Shown: positions 10,052-20,712 of the stretch, piece by piece
Layout of the letters: each line of letters opens with the position of its first letter
Position numbering within the stretch: the stretch's first letter is position 1
NCBI GenBank assembly: GCA_036231405.1
Contig: JAZAHK010000036.1
Location: forward strand, 1-44,555
Source of the DNA: Nitrospinota bacterium
GTDB taxonomy: Bacteria > UBA8248
Direction of reading: 5' to 3'
Length of the DNA stretch: 44,555 nucleotides
The notes under the pieces: generated by a model
Told to the model about the DNA's origin: nothing
Database searches by the model: none
Seen by the model: only the letters and a program-made list of their open reading frames with translations
Translations under genes and position numbers: made by a program

Positions 10052-10837
10052 TTATTTCCAAAATACTTCTTTTTGAAAACAAGCAAATTCTTCAGGATGA
10101 GAAGCAATTATTGGAGTTTTCATGACCTGACCATCGTGAAGCTCAGCAAAATCCAAATCCTTACCATCCAAATATTTAATACACCCTCCCACCTGTTCTA
10201 AAATAAGTGAGGCGGCTGCAATATCATAAGCTCTATTGGGTTCAATTATCGCTCCCTTAGCAGAACCACACGCGACAAAAGCAATATGCACAGAAGAAGC
10301 CGCAAGGGAAAGCCTCTTTCCAGGACAATTAATCTTTAGGTCATTGACAGGACTACAGGGAACAAATGAGAAATCGAATTCATCCCTTACTTTTTTCTTT
10401 AAAAAGGGAACAGAATCGCCGTTCAAAGTTGTTTCTCCGCCTTTTATAGATGAAAAAAACATTCCCAAAGTAGGGATATTCAAAGAAGAACAAAAAACCT
10501 CCGAACCGTACAACATCGCAACAGAAACCGACCAAAAAGGGAGATTAGATAAAAAAGGACCTGTTCCATCAATTGGATCAATAGCCCACCAACGTTGCGA
10601 TTTATTATGACTAAAAACGCCATGCATTCCACTCTCTTCTGTTAAAATATAGTCTTCTGGAAATTTTTCGAGAATCTTTGATATTAGAAATTTTTCAACA
10701 GATCTGTCTGCTTCAGAAACAATGCTGTCTTCTTTCCTTTCCTTCGCAACGTTCCCGTAAAATTCCAATGCTAGAATTCCTGCTTGTTTTGTTATATTCT
10801 CAATAAAGGATTGAATATTCAATTCTTCCTCTTTCAA
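10052..10837 (-). CDS. Inositol monophosphatase family protein
   Basis: VSEAD, LTEES, WAIDPIDGT, YDIAAA..ILEQVGG. Confidence 0.92.
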   Translation of the reverse strand: MKEEELNIQSFIENITKQAGILALEFYGNVAKERKEDSIVSEADRSVEKFLISKILEKFPEDYILTEESGMHGVFSHNKSQRWWAIDPIDGTGPFLSNLPFWSVSVAMLYGSEVFCSSLNIPTLGMFFSSIKGGETTLNGDSVPFLKKKVRDEFDFSFVPCSPVNDLKINCPGKRLSLAASSVHIAFVACGSAKGAIIEPNRAYDIAAASLILEQVGGCIKYLDGKDLDFAELHDGQVMKTPIIASHPEEFACFQKEVFWK

Positions 10838-10967
10838 TTTTCTTAACCTTATAAAAATTGGTATTATCTGTCACAAATTTATAAAAAATATTTAGATTGC
10901 AGGTACTTTTAGAATAAATATAAATTTTTATCTATCTGAAAATAAAAATCAAAGGGAGTTTTTCGTT

Positions 10968-11414
10968 ATGTCTTTCAAAAAAATCAATCGTCTCACAAAT
11001 CAGGGAGCAAAAAAAATGATGGCTGCAGCAATTCAAAAGGCTGAAGAGTTCAGAATACCTGCTGCGATTGCTATAGTAGATGAGGGTGGACACTTAATTT
11101 TATTTGAACGAATGGACGGAGGTCGTTTTCATACACAACATTCGTCAACAACAAAAGCTGTATGCGCAGCTTCAAATAAAAGACCCACGACAACGCAAGG
11201 TGCCCAAGGGCAACATATGGATACCTTACATGCCATTGGACTAGCACTTGCAGCTGGACCAGAACGATGGACTGCTATGGAAGGTGGTTTCCCCATTATA
11301 TTTGAAGGGGAGTGCTCTGGTGGAATAGGTGTCAGTGGAGGTGATTGGGAACAAGATGAAATTATTGCAAAAGCCGCACTAGAATCAATCGGGGCAAAAG
11401 AAAAAATTGACTAA
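10968..11414 (+). CDS. GlcG/HbpS (DUF336) heme-binding family protein
   Basis: IAIVDEGGHL..FERMDG, KA, GGFPI, GGIGVSG..QDE.IA. Confidence 0.92.
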   Translation: MSFKKINRLTNQGAKKMMAAAIQKAEEFRIPAAIAIVDEGGHLILFERMDGGRFHTQHSSTTKAVCAASNKRPTTTQGAQGQHMDTLHAIGLALAAGPERWTAMEGGFPIIFEGECSGGIGVSGGDWEQDEIIAKAALESIGAKEKID

Positions 11415-11477
11415 TTTGTAAAACTTAGTAGAGTAAATAGCAAAATATTTTTTATTCCTAATGAAATGGAGGGGAAA

Positions 11478-12452
11478 ATGATGAGAAAGTTCGTACTTTT
11501 GCCAATTTTGCTTGTTGTTTTGGTTTTGTTCACATTTACTCAAAATACATATGCAGAATATCCGAACAAACCAATTAAATTTATTATCCCATTTGGTGCA
11601 GGTGGTGGTGCAGACATTGAGGGAAGACTTCTTGCAAAAGGGATGTCTAAAGTCTTAGGTGTACCTGTAGTTCCGATTAACAAACCTGGCGCAGGTGGTG
11701 CAGTTACTTACACTTTTGTTAAAAATGCAAAACCAGATGGATACACTATTGCCTGGAATTCAACGTCAGTTTTAACCACAACTAACATTGGCAACGTATC
11801 TTTTAAGTATAATGCCTTAGATCATGTAGGTCGTGTAGAAATGCAGCCATTGCCTCTTGCTGTAAGGGCAGATGCTAAATGGAATTCTTTTAAAGAATTT
11901 GTAAAAGATTGTCAAAAAAATCCTGGTAAAATTAAGATAGCAAACGCCGGAACTGGAAGTAGTACACATCTTGGAGCTGTGGTTCTAACACACGCTACGA
12001 GTTGTAAAGTGATACACCTTCCGGTTGGCATTAAAAGAAGAAATGCTTCTGTTTTAAGTGGTGAAGCTCATGCTATGGTGGCTCCTCTAACTGGGGCTGT
12101 AAGATTGGCAAAAGCTGGAAAAATTCGTATCTTAGTTATTCCTGGTTCTAAAAGAAACAAAGTCATCCCGAATGTCCCAACCGCAAAAGAACTTGGATTT
12201 AAAGCAGAAATGGAATTTTTTAGAGGACTATCAGTACCAAAAGGTACTCCAGCAATCATAAAGGCAAAAATTGCGAACGCAATGATGCGTTCAGCAAGGT
12301 CTAAAGCATTTACCGCTCTTGGTAAAAAGAAAGGATTTACTATTGCTCCTATGGACTCATCCGCATTTGAAACTTACTTAAAATCTCAAAATACTCTTGT
12401 TTCTGAAGTCATGAAGCAAGCTGGAATTTATCAATCAAAGAGAAAGAAATAG
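11478..12452 (+). CDS. tctC: Tripartite tricarboxylate transporter substrate-binding protein (Bug/TctC)
   Basis: Signal peptide, YPNKPI..IIPFGAGGGAD, NKPGAGG, KPDGYT, PNVPT.KELG. GGAGG at 11468 favours ATG 11478 or 11481. Confidence 0.93.
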   Translation: MMRKFVLLPILLVVLVLFTFTQNTYAEYPNKPIKFIIPFGAGGGADIEGRLLAKGMSKVLGVPVVPINKPGAGGAVTYTFVKNAKPDGYTIAWNSTSVLTTTNIGNVSFKYNALDHVGRVEMQPLPLAVRADAKWNSFKEFVKDCQKNPGKIKIANAGTGSSTHLGAVVLTHATSCKVIHLPVGIKRRNASVLSGEAHAMVAPLTGAVRLAKAGKIRILVIPGSKRNKVIPNVPTAKELGFKAEMEFFRGLSVPKGTPAIIKAKIANAMMRSARSKAFTALGKKKGFTIAPMDSSAFETYLKSQNTLVSEVMKQAGIYQSKRKK

Positions 12453-12466
12453 TCATAAAAACAGAA

Positions 12467-12509
12467 ATACCCGTTCTCTTCATCTAGAAGAGGACGGGTA
12501 TCTATTTTT
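12467..12509 (+). terminator. Stem-loop after tctC (partial terminator or mRNA stabiliser)
   Basis: ATACCCGTTCTCTTC (12467-12481), loop ATCTA, GAAGAGGACGGGTAT (12487-12501): 15 bp with one G-U, followed by CTATTTTT. Confidence 0.7.
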
Positions 12510-12512
12510 AAA

Positions 12513-13043
12513 ATGCGTAAAAAAAATATAATTTCGTCTTTAGCATTTATTCTCATTGGAATCTGGTATTCTTATTTAACTTACTGGCTTCCAACTAGGA
12601 CTATTCCTAACACCCCTGGACCTTCGTTTTTCCCATGGGTCATTGTTATTTGTTTTCTAACTCTTTCCATTTTACTTTTATGTAAGAATTTTTTTGACAA
12701 AAGCAAAAAAACAGACAAATCTAGCATTTCATACTCTACTTTAAAAAAAGTTTTCGTTAGTCGTATCTTTGGTCTGAAATCTTTTGAAGATATTGTCGAA
12801 CTTGCGAAAGACTTTTTTGAAAAAAAAGTCTTTACTCTACTCCTAATGATGCTTACTTATATTGCTCTTCTTCCTTTCACAGGATTTTTATTAACTACTC
12901 CTTTTTTCTTTGCAGGCTTTATGTTTCTAACATCGGAAAAACGTTTTCTCTATATTATAGTTTTTTCAATCTCAATACCCTTTTCCATTTTTTATTTATT
13001 CCAAAATGTATTTTCTATTTTTTTACCTAATTGGTCTTTTTAA
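12513..13043 (+). CDS. tctB: Tripartite tricarboxylate transporter small membrane subunit
   Basis: Four to five TM segments, PGPSFFP motif, F..VF.I.LP end; lies between tctC and tctA. Confidence 0.88.
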   Translation: MRKKNIISSLAFILIGIWYSYLTYWLPTRTIPNTPGPSFFPWVIVICFLTLSILLLCKNFFDKSKKTDKSSISYSTLKKVFVSRIFGLKSFEDIVELAKDFFEKKVFTLLLMMLTYIALLPFTGFLLTTPFFFAGFMFLTSEKRFLYIIVFSISIPFSIFYLFQNVFSIFLPNWSF

Positions 13044-13053
13044 AGGTTTCTAA

Positions 13054-14544
13054 ATGAATCCTGATGTATACGAAGGTTTTATAAAATCAGCTCAATTATT
13101 AAGTCTTTTTGCAACCTGTGTAGGATCATTTTTAGGTTTAATTGTTGGAATGATTCCAGGAATGACTATCAGTGCGGGAATCATTATTGTATTACCTCTT
13201 ACATTTGTAATGCCTCCTTCTATTTCTATTTCTTTGATGCTGGGCCTATATGCTGGCGGAATGATGGGAGGAAGTTTTTCAGCAATCCTTCTAAAAATTC
13301 CTGGGACACCTTCAGCCTCTGCGACTGCTCTAGATGGATATCCAATGGCAAGAAGTGGAAAAGCAGATGTTGCTCTTAGTACTGCAATTATAGCTAGCTT
13401 TATAGGAGGCCTATTTAGTTTCATCTGCCTTTATTTTATTGCCCCTGAATTAGCAGAAGTTGCACTTTCGTTTAGAGCCCCAGATTTATTCAGTTTAATC
13501 TTTTTTGGATTATCCGCAATTTGTAGTTTTGCAACAAAGTCAATTATAAAAGGATTACTATCTGGAATGATTGGTTTGCTGTTTATATCAATAGGTCAAG
13601 ATCCAATCATGGGGACAGAAAGGTTTACTTTCGGAAATGCAGATTTACTTTCTGGACTTCATTTTTTAACTGCATTAATTGGCCTTTTTGCAATTCCACA
13701 ACTAGCAGACAATTTGAGTGATTCGGTCAAAAACATTAATCACGAGACGAATAATTCTAACTTAAGACACCTACTACCCTCTTTAAAAAATCTCAAGATT
13801 ATGAGATTACCAATATGCATAGGATCTTTTTTAGGTACTTTTATCGGAATACTTCCAGGCGCAGGAGGCCCTATAGCTGCATTCATAAGTTATGATTATA
13901 CGAAAAAAATAAACAAAAACCCAAAAAAATTTGGAGAAGGTTGTATCGAGGGAATTGCCGCACCTGAATCTGCAAATAATGCTGTCTGTGGGGGCGCATT
14001 GATCCCTATGATGACGTTAGGAATACCAGGAGATCCTGTTACAGCGATTTTAATAGGAGCACTTTTAGTACATGGTCTAGCACCTGGTCCCTTACTTTTT
14101 ATGGAAAATGCTTCTTTTGCATATTCTGTAATTTTTTCGTTTTTTTGGGCCAATCTTTTCAATCTTTTAATAGCAATGTCAACTTTGCCTTTGTTAGTTA
14201 AGTTATTGAAAACACCTAAATCTTTACTTCTGCCGATTATTGCTGTTCTTTGTGTTATTGGAAGTTATGCCTTAAGAAATTCTTTTTTTGATGTATACAT
14301 TATGTTCTCATTTGGTTTGTTAGGCCTTTTTATGAGGTGGCTAGACATGCCAGTAGTTCCACTTTTATTGGCATTGGTTCTAGGGAAGCAACTTGAAGAA
14401 CACTTGCGTATAGCCTTAACTTCGTCTCAGGGGGATGTCTCTATTTTCTTTACATCTCCAATTAGTATTTTCTTTTTGTGTTTGTCAGCCATTTCTATAT
14501 TATGGCCTATATTTTTTCGAAGAAAAGAAAAACAATCTATCTAG
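13054..14544 (+). CDS. tctA: Tripartite tricarboxylate transporter large membrane subunit
   Basis: GMIPGM, IPGTPS..AT.LDGYPMA, APESANNA, LGIPGD, GLAPGP. Confidence 0.95.
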   Translation: MNPDVYEGFIKSAQLLSLFATCVGSFLGLIVGMIPGMTISAGIIIVLPLTFVMPPSISISLMLGLYAGGMMGGSFSAILLKIPGTPSASATALDGYPMARSGKADVALSTAIIASFIGGLFSFICLYFIAPELAEVALSFRAPDLFSLIFFGLSAICSFATKSIIKGLLSGMIGLLFISIGQDPIMGTERFTFGNADLLSGLHFLTALIGLFAIPQLADNLSDSVKNINHETNNSNLRHLLPSLKNLKIMRLPICIGSFLGTFIGILPGAGGPIAAFISYDYTKKINKNPKKFGEGCIEGIAAPESANNAVCGGALIPMMTLGIPGDPVTAILIGALLVHGLAPGPLLFMENASFAYSVIFSFFWANLFNLLIAMSTLPLLVKLLKTPKSLLLPIIAVLCVIGSYALRNSFFDVYIMFSFGLLGLFMRWLDMPVVPLLLALVLGKQLEEHLRIALTSSQGDVSIFFTSPISIFFLCLSAISILWPIFFRRKEKQSI

Positions 14545-14555
14545 GAGCATTATTT

Positions 14556-15566
14556 ATGAATTTTGAACCAGTTCGAGTCGCAAGTTTAGGAATGGGATGG
14601 TGGTCAGATGTTTTAGCAGACGCCATTCAAAAGACTAACAAATTAGAAATAATTAGTTGTTACAGTCGTTCCGAAGAAAAAAGAAATGCCTTTTCAAAAA
14701 AATATAATTGTAAATCGGTTTCAAGTTATGAAGACATTCTAAAAGATGATTCAATAGAGGCAATTATAAACACAACACCTAATCATGTTCATTTAGAAAC
14801 AACTCAAAGTGCCGCGATCTCTAAAAAACATGTTTTTCTTGATAAACCCATAGCCCACACTATTGAAGATGGGAAAAAAATCGCTGAGATATGCGAAAAA
14901 GAAAATGTAATCCTATCTATTGGATATCAAAGAAGAAGAGAAAACCAATTTAGATGGATCAAAAAGGAAATTGAAGAAGGAAATTTTGGAAAGATGGTTC
15001 AGGCAGAATGTAATATCAGTAGGGACCGCGAAGGCCAATTTGAACTTGGACATTGGAGATATGAATCAGAAGGTATGCCGGGAGGTGTCATGCTCCAAAT
15101 AGGCATTCATTACGTAGACGTTCTTGAATTCTTAATGGGACCAGTAAAATCTGTTGCTGCTAAAACTGCCCAATTAGTTTTACCAGGAGAAAATCCTGAT
15201 ATAGCTAACTTAATTCTAGAACATGAAAACGGAGCTCTTTCAAATCTAACAGCAAGTTACGCATCCGCATCTGAATATTATCTTATGAACATATATGGTA
15301 AAACTGCTACAGCATACTTCAACCATTTTGACGGATTACGTATTTTATCTAGAGGAGAAAAAAGTCCAAAACCAGTCGAATACTTTAAAAACGATACGAT
15401 TGTGGAAGAACTTGAAGAATTTGCGAATTGCGTTAGAAGCAACTCGAAACCAGAAGTAGATGGATTTAGGGCAGTTGAGTCCCTTGCTGTAATAATGGCA
15501 GGTGTACTATCATCAAAAGAAAATAGAACTGTAAAAATTCAAGAAATATTAAACTCAGAAAATTAA
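14556..15566 (+). CDS. Gfo/Idh/MocA family oxidoreductase
   Basis: GMGWW Rossmann loop, TTPNHVH, DKP (usually EKP), GYQRR, GGVMLQIGIH. ATG 14556 follows AGGAG at 14543. Confidence 0.9.
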   Translation: MNFEPVRVASLGMGWWSDVLADAIQKTNKLEIISCYSRSEEKRNAFSKKYNCKSVSSYEDILKDDSIEAIINTTPNHVHLETTQSAAISKKHVFLDKPIAHTIEDGKKIAEICEKENVILSIGYQRRRENQFRWIKKEIEEGNFGKMVQAECNISRDREGQFELGHWRYESEGMPGGVMLQIGIHYVDVLEFLMGPVKSVAAKTAQLVLPGENPDIANLILEHENGALSNLTASYASASEYYLMNIYGKTATAYFNHFDGLRILSRGEKSPKPVEYFKNDTIVEELEEFANCVRSNSKPEVDGFRAVESLAVIMAGVLSSKENRTVKIQEILNSEN

Positions 15567-15587
15567 AAGAATAAGGGTGAGAAAAAA

Positions 15588-16379
15588 ATGACAAGAATTA
15601 AAGCCGGAGATCTTTTTTTAAATTACACCGACTCAGGCGAAGGTGATACTTTCATGTTCATCCCTGGACTTACTGGAATTTTAAACGCATGGGATTTTCA
15701 AATTCCACACTTTTCGAAAAAATATCGTTGTATTTCTTTTGACCATAGAGGTACGGGAGAAAGCGATAAACCCACGAACGCTTATTCAACAGATTTAATT
15801 GCAAAAGATGCTATTGCCCTGATGGACACATTAGGTATTGAAAAGGCTTATGTAGCAGGAACCTCAACAGGAGGGTGTATTTTACAAAACCTCGCTTTAG
15901 ATTATCCAGAGAGGATAAAGGCATGTATTTTTTCAAATACCTGGACAAAAGCAGACGAATACATGACAAGACTGCAAACATCTAGAAAACAGATCGCGCA
16001 ATCCTATGGGAAGGAAGAATATATTAAATTCAGTTCGCTATGGACTGCAGGATGGACACAGTTTAAAAACATGTACGAAAATTTACTTGAGTTAGAAGAA
16101 AAACAAAAAGAGACTATTGGTTCTATCGAAGTAATTACCTCAAGACTTGATATGACTTTGTCTCACGATCGTTCATCAGAACTTCATCTTATCAATAAAC
16201 CATCTTTGATAATTGCTGCAAAAGATGATGCTCTTACTCCACCGTATTTTGCTCAAGATTTACAATCAAAAATAAATAATTCTAAGCTAGTTATTCTTGA
16301 AAAAGGAGGACACTATAGCTACAGAAGTAGTCAGCGTGAGTGGAATCAAGCCGTTGAACTGTTTTTAGAAGACAATTAA
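15588..16379 (+). CDS. Alpha/beta hydrolase (RutD / enol-lactonase-like)
   Basis: FDHRGTGES, GTSTGG nucleophile elbow, KDD, GGH. Confidence 0.88.
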   Translation: MTRIKAGDLFLNYTDSGEGDTFMFIPGLTGILNAWDFQIPHFSKKYRCISFDHRGTGESDKPTNAYSTDLIAKDAIALMDTLGIEKAYVAGTSTGGCILQNLALDYPERIKACIFSNTWTKADEYMTRLQTSRKQIAQSYGKEEYIKFSSLWTAGWTQFKNMYENLLELEEKQKETIGSIEVITSRLDMTLSHDRSSELHLINKPSLIIAAKDDALTPPYFAQDLQSKINNSKLVILEKGGHYSYRSSQREWNQAVELFLEDN

Positions 16380-19300
16380 ATTTTCTTACGTGTTACCTTT
16401 GCAACTAAATCTACCCATAAGGAAAAGATAATAGGGATTAAGATCAACGTGAATAATGCCGAAGTAGCCAAACCACCGAGCACCGCAGAGCCTAATCCTC
16501 TATAAAGTTCACTCCCTGCTCCGGTTGAGGTTACCAGAGGCAACATTCCAAAAACAGTAGTCGCAGTTGTCATAAAAATAGGACGCATTCTATCTCTACA
16601 ACTCTCCATAATCGCGTCTTTCATTTGCATCCCAGAACGAAAATGATTCAAAGATTGATGAACCAATAGAATTGCATTATTTACTACGATACCAGTTAAA
16701 ATTATAAACCCAAGCATCGTCAAGGTATCCATTTTCACAGAAGATTCAACAGAGTTAACAAATGAGACAAGTAGAATTCCTCCAGTAGTGGCAAATGGAA
16801 CACTGAACATAATGATAAATGGGTAGCTCCAGGCTTCAAATAAGGCAGCCATCAAAAGGTAAGTGATAAATAGGGCAAGTAAAAAGGACCATTTAAGTGA
16901 ATCCCAGGTTCGTTCTAAATCTTTCGCTCTACCTGCTACATTAACAGAATATCCAAGCGGGAGTTTCTTGCGAATAGGATTTATAACCTTTTTCTTCATA
17001 CGCTCGATTGCTACCTGTAATGGCAAATTTTCTCCAATATTAACGGTGATGCTTAAAGAACGAACTCTGTCTATATGCTCAATTTTCGTAGGACCTAGAG
17101 CAGGACGGATTTCTGCAATATCCCTTAATTCAACAGTATTTCCGCTTTTTTCATTAATTTTAATTTTAGAAAGTTGTTGGGTCTTCGAAAAATTTGTCGT
17201 CTTATCACGAAGTATAATATTCAATTCTTCTCCTTCATCCAAAAACAAACCCGCCCTTGTACCGTTGACAAGTGTTTCGACAAGATCGCCCAATTCACTT
17301 ACAGAAATACCTAAATCTGCAGCTTTTTCACGATCAACGTGGACTTGGAGTTCAGGGCTACCAAGATCAAAGCTACTATTTACAAAACGAACCCCTTTTA
17401 ATCTTTTTGACCTTTCTCCGACATCACCAGAAATCCTTTGTATTTCCTGTAAACTGTTTCCAGTTATGTCTACATGAAGATTGATCCCACCTATAAAGCC
17501 GGAACCTCTCCGACGAAACAGTGAAACTTGGGTTACAAATGCCCGTACCCCCGGTATCCCCTGTACCATTCGAAAGAGCTTTCTATTTAGCTTTTTCATA
17601 GATTTTAGATTTGAATATTTTTCTTTTGCAACCAATCCAACAAGAGGTCTTTGAACTCTAATGACCGCAAAAAAACGATCAAGTTCTTCAAGATTTTTAA
17701 ATTTTCTCTCTAATTTTTTTATTATCCCATCGACCTTATTCAAATTTAGTCCTGGAGGCATTCTAAGAAAAACAAAAAAAAGATTTCTATTTCCCTTTGG
17801 TAAATAATCTATCGGTGGAAAAAATTTCCAAGCAATTAGTACTGCTCCAATGGTAATAAGCAATACAATACAAATTCTTCCAAAAACTCCCCGCATAAAC
17901 CAACGCAATAGAGAAATATAAAAATTTTGCACCAATCTTCCTATTGCGTAAAATTGCAAAAAAGAAAAAATTTTAACGAAAAAATTATCGACTCGAGAAG
18001 ACTTTAAAAATCTTGAAGATAACATTGGAACAACTGTTACAGATACTACTAATGAGATTCCGACAGCAGCACTTATTGCAATTGCAATATCTTTAAAAAG
18101 TTGTCCTGACTCATCCTGTAAGAAAATAATAGGAATAAAAACAGCTAAGGTAGTAAGAGTGGAGGCTAAAACTGCACCCCAAACCTCTGTTGCTCCATCG
18201 ATCGAAGCATTCCAACTAGATTTTCCCATTTCTTTATGGCGAAAAATATTTTCCAAAACAACAATAGAATTATCAACTACCATCCCAACCGCAAAAGCAA
18301 GTCCTGCAAGGGAAATAATATTCATAGACCTATCTAAGACAAAAATAAAAATAAAAGTAGCTATGACTGCAACAGGGATAGCTATTCCCACAACTAAAAT
18401 CCCAGAAATGCTGCCTAGGAAAATCAACAAAATGGTGACTGCAAGAGTTCCGCCAATATAAATATTATTTGTAACTAAGCTTCGAGATTGATCAATGTAC
18501 TTTGTTTCATCATAAACTTGTTTCAGCCGAATATTTCGACCACTGTACCTCAAATTTACTTCTTTAATTACCTTTTTAACTTTTTTCATTACTGCCACTG
18601 TATTCGCACCCGTTTTCCTTAAAATTCCAAATCCGAGGGCTGGCTTTCCATTCTGACGTATCCGTCTAGAGGGTTCTGCATAATCAAAATTTACCGCTGC
18701 TATATCTCTAAGATAAACCGGTCCAGAAGGAGTTTGAGAAATAATTACTTTTTTTAGCTGAGAAATTTTTGTAAAATTTCCAATCGTTCTTACAGCGTAT
18801 CTCCTCTTTCCTTCATCTATTTTTCCACCTTTTGTATTTTGATTTTCCCTAATTAATGCTTCGCGTAACGAACGAACTGTTATTCCTCTTGCACTCATAG
18901 CTTCATAGTCCATTGTAACTCTAACCTCGCGCCTAGAGCCTCCATACAAACGTACAGAACCAACACCATCTATTCTTTCGAAGCTGGGCCGAATTTCATC
19001 ATCCGCAATCATAAGAACATCATTTAGGGGAAGATCGGTTTTTAACATTATCCATGCAATAGGTCTTTGAGAATCAGAATTCACTGCTTTTACGATCGAT
19101 TTATCAGAGTCATCAGGTAAATTTCTTACAAGACCAAGCTTCTCAGAAACATCTAATCTTGCAATATTTTTGTTTGTTCCCCAATCAAACTCTAAGATAA
19201 CCCTCGAACGTCCCTCTTGGCTTGTCGATGTCATTCTCGATAAACCCTCGACTGAGGTGAGCCGCTTCTCTTTTGCTTTGGTTACTTCTTCTTCAACCTC

Positions 19301-19471
19301 TAGTGGTGCAGCGCCTTTGTAGCCCGTATCGACTGTTATCACGGGTCTGTCTATTGTTGGTTTCATCTGAACCGGAATACGAAAGAGGCTTATCAGACCA
19401 AATAAGACTGCAAGAATGACGAAAACCATTGTGGTGACAGGATTCTTCACACACGAACGCGGTAAATTCAA
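16376..19471 (-). CDS. RND efflux transporter permease (AcrB/AcrD/AcrF family)
   Basis: 1031 aa; GAAPLEVE, GMVVDNSIVVLENI, GIVVNNAILL, RMRPIFMTT; TTG start after AGGAG. Confidence 0.95.
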   Translation of the reverse strand: MNLPRSCVKNPVTTMVFVILAVLFGLISLFRIPVQMKPTIDRPVITVDTGYKGAAPLEVEEEVTKAKEKRLTSVEGLSRMTSTSQEGRSRVILEFDWGTNKNIARLDVSEKLGLVRNLPDDSDKSIVKAVNSDSQRPIAWIMLKTDLPLNDVLMIADDEIRPSFERIDGVGSVRLYGGSRREVRVTMDYEAMSARGITVRSLREALIRENQNTKGGKIDEGKRRYAVRTIGNFTKISQLKKVIISQTPSGPVYLRDIAAVNFDYAEPSRRIRQNGKPALGFGILRKTGANTVAVMKKVKKVIKEVNLRYSGRNIRLKQVYDETKYIDQSRSLVTNNIYIGGTLAVTILLIFLGSISGILVVGIAIPVAVIATFIFIFVLDRSMNIISLAGLAFAVGMVVDNSIVVLENIFRHKEMGKSSWNASIDGATEVWGAVLASTLTTLAVFIPIIFLQDESGQLFKDIAIAISAAVGISLVVSVTVVPMLSSRFLKSSRVDNFFVKIFSFLQFYAIGRLVQNFYISLLRWFMRGVFGRICIVLLITIGAVLIAWKFFPPIDYLPKGNRNLFFVFLRMPPGLNLNKVDGIIKKLERKFKNLEELDRFFAVIRVQRPLVGLVAKEKYSNLKSMKKLNRKLFRMVQGIPGVRAFVTQVSLFRRRGSGFIGGINLHVDITGNSLQEIQRISGDVGERSKRLKGVRFVNSSFDLGSPELQVHVDREKAADLGISVSELGDLVETLVNGTRAGLFLDEGEELNIILRDKTTNFSKTQQLSKIKINEKSGNTVELRDIAEIRPALGPTKIEHIDRVRSLSITVNIGENLPLQVAIERMKKKVINPIRKKLPLGYSVNVAGRAKDLERTWDSLKWSFLLALFITYLLMAALFEAWSYPFIIMFSVPFATTGGILLVSFVNSVESSVKMDTLTMLGFIILTGIVVNNAILLVHQSLNHFRSGMQMKDAIMESCRDRMRPIFMTTATTVFGMLPLVTSTGAGSELYRGLGSAVLGGLATSALFTLILIPIIFSLWVDLVAKVTRKKI

Positions 19472-19563
19472 AACTTACTCCTATAACAAAACGGAAAAGC
19501 TTAGATAAAATATAAAATTAGATTAATTGTTCTATATAGCCCTCAAAATTATAGATACAGATT

Positions 19564-20712
19564 TCAAAAAGGTTTTTTCGAGAGACGATTTGAACGTTTT
19601 TTCTTCCAAGACTTCTTCTTACCTCTTATTCTAACCAACATACCATTTCTTAGATTTTCATTACCTTGAGTTATCACCTTTCTCCCAGGTGCCAAAATTC
19701 CTTTTGGCACTTCAATAAACGAATCTACGCTTCTAACCGGATTAAAGAAGATCTCTTTAACTCTTTGGTTATCTCCTAAAACAAAAACAGACATTCCACG
19801 CCTTCGAATTAAAACAGAATCTTTAGGTATGAGAATTGCATCTTTTTTAGAACCGTACTCAATAGTAATTCTTGAAAACATTCCAGCTTTAATATCAAAA
19901 TCCTTAGTATTTTTTAAAATGAATTCAACTGGAAAAGTCCGACTCTTCAAATCCGCAAACGGGATTATGTTTCGAACTTTACCGTAAAAAATTCTGCCAT
20001 TAAGAGCATCAAAAGAAATACGTACTTTGTCATTTTTTTGAATAGCGTGAATTTGTTTTTCGGAAACAGGAGAACGTACAATTATTTTTGACAGTTCTAC
20101 AACTTCTACGAGTTTCCCTCCCTTTTGAACCCATTCCCCAACCTCTGACCATTTGTTCGTTACAAAACCAGTAAGTGGAGACCGTATCGTAGCTTTTGCT
20201 AGTTGATCTGAAATACGTTCAATTAATGCGCGAACTCTTTTTACTTCAAAAATTGACTTTTGATATTTAGTATCTATCCGATCAAAATTTACTCGATCTA
20301 TAATCAAACGTTTCAATAGGTCTTGAGCCCTTTTTAGATCACGTTTATTACTTAGCAAATCTTGTTTCGCTTTTTCTAATTCCGCTTTTTTGACCCGCAA
20401 ATCTATTTCAAGACTATTTTTTTCAAGAGTCGCAATTATTGATTTACCTGCTCGGACATAAGCACCTTGAAAAACTGGAAATGTTCGAACTCGACCTTCA
20501 ATTTGAGAACTTACTACCGATTTACGGTATGGATTTGCAGTTCCTATAGAGTTGAGTCGTTCACTGACTTTTCGTTTTACTACTTTAACAACAGAAACCA
20601 AGGGAGGTGGACGTCTCCCTCTTCTTCCTGGTTTTTTCGCTTCTGTTTCATAAAACAAAGATGAGGAAAAGAAGAAAAATACAACATTAAAACAAATAAA
20701 TACAATTTTCAA
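19564..20712 (-). CDS. RND efflux membrane fusion protein (periplasmic adaptor)
   Basis: N-terminal hydrophobic anchor, coiled hairpin, IRSPLTG..VGEWV..G lipoyl motif, SRTFPV, AGMF. Confidence 0.92.
   Translation of the reverse strand: MKIVFICFNVVFFFFSSSLFYETEAKKPGRRGRRPPPLVSVVKVVKRKVSERLNSIGTANPYRKSVVSSQIEGRVRTFPVFQGAYVRAGKSIIATLEKNSLEIDLRVKKAELEKAKQDLLSNKRDLKRAQDLLKRLIIDRVNFDRIDTKYQKSIFEVKRVRALIERISDQLAKATIRSPLTGFVTNKWSEVGEWVQKGGKLVEVVELSKIIVRSPVSEKQIHAIQKNDKVRISFDALNGRIFYGKVRNIIPFADLKSRTFPVEFILKNTKDFDIKAGMFSRITIEYGSKKDAILIPKDSVLIRRRGMSVFVLGDNQRVKEIFFNPVRSVDSFIEVPKGILAPGRKVITQGNENLRNGMLVRIRGKKKSWKKKRSNRLSKKPF

Noticed and set aside
14478-14555. N-terminal extensions in the ORF track (also 26939-26989, 31020-31166, 35203-35238, 39418-39501)
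   Set aside because: They overlap upstream genes or promoters; downstream ATGs have an RBS or coupling and match family starts.
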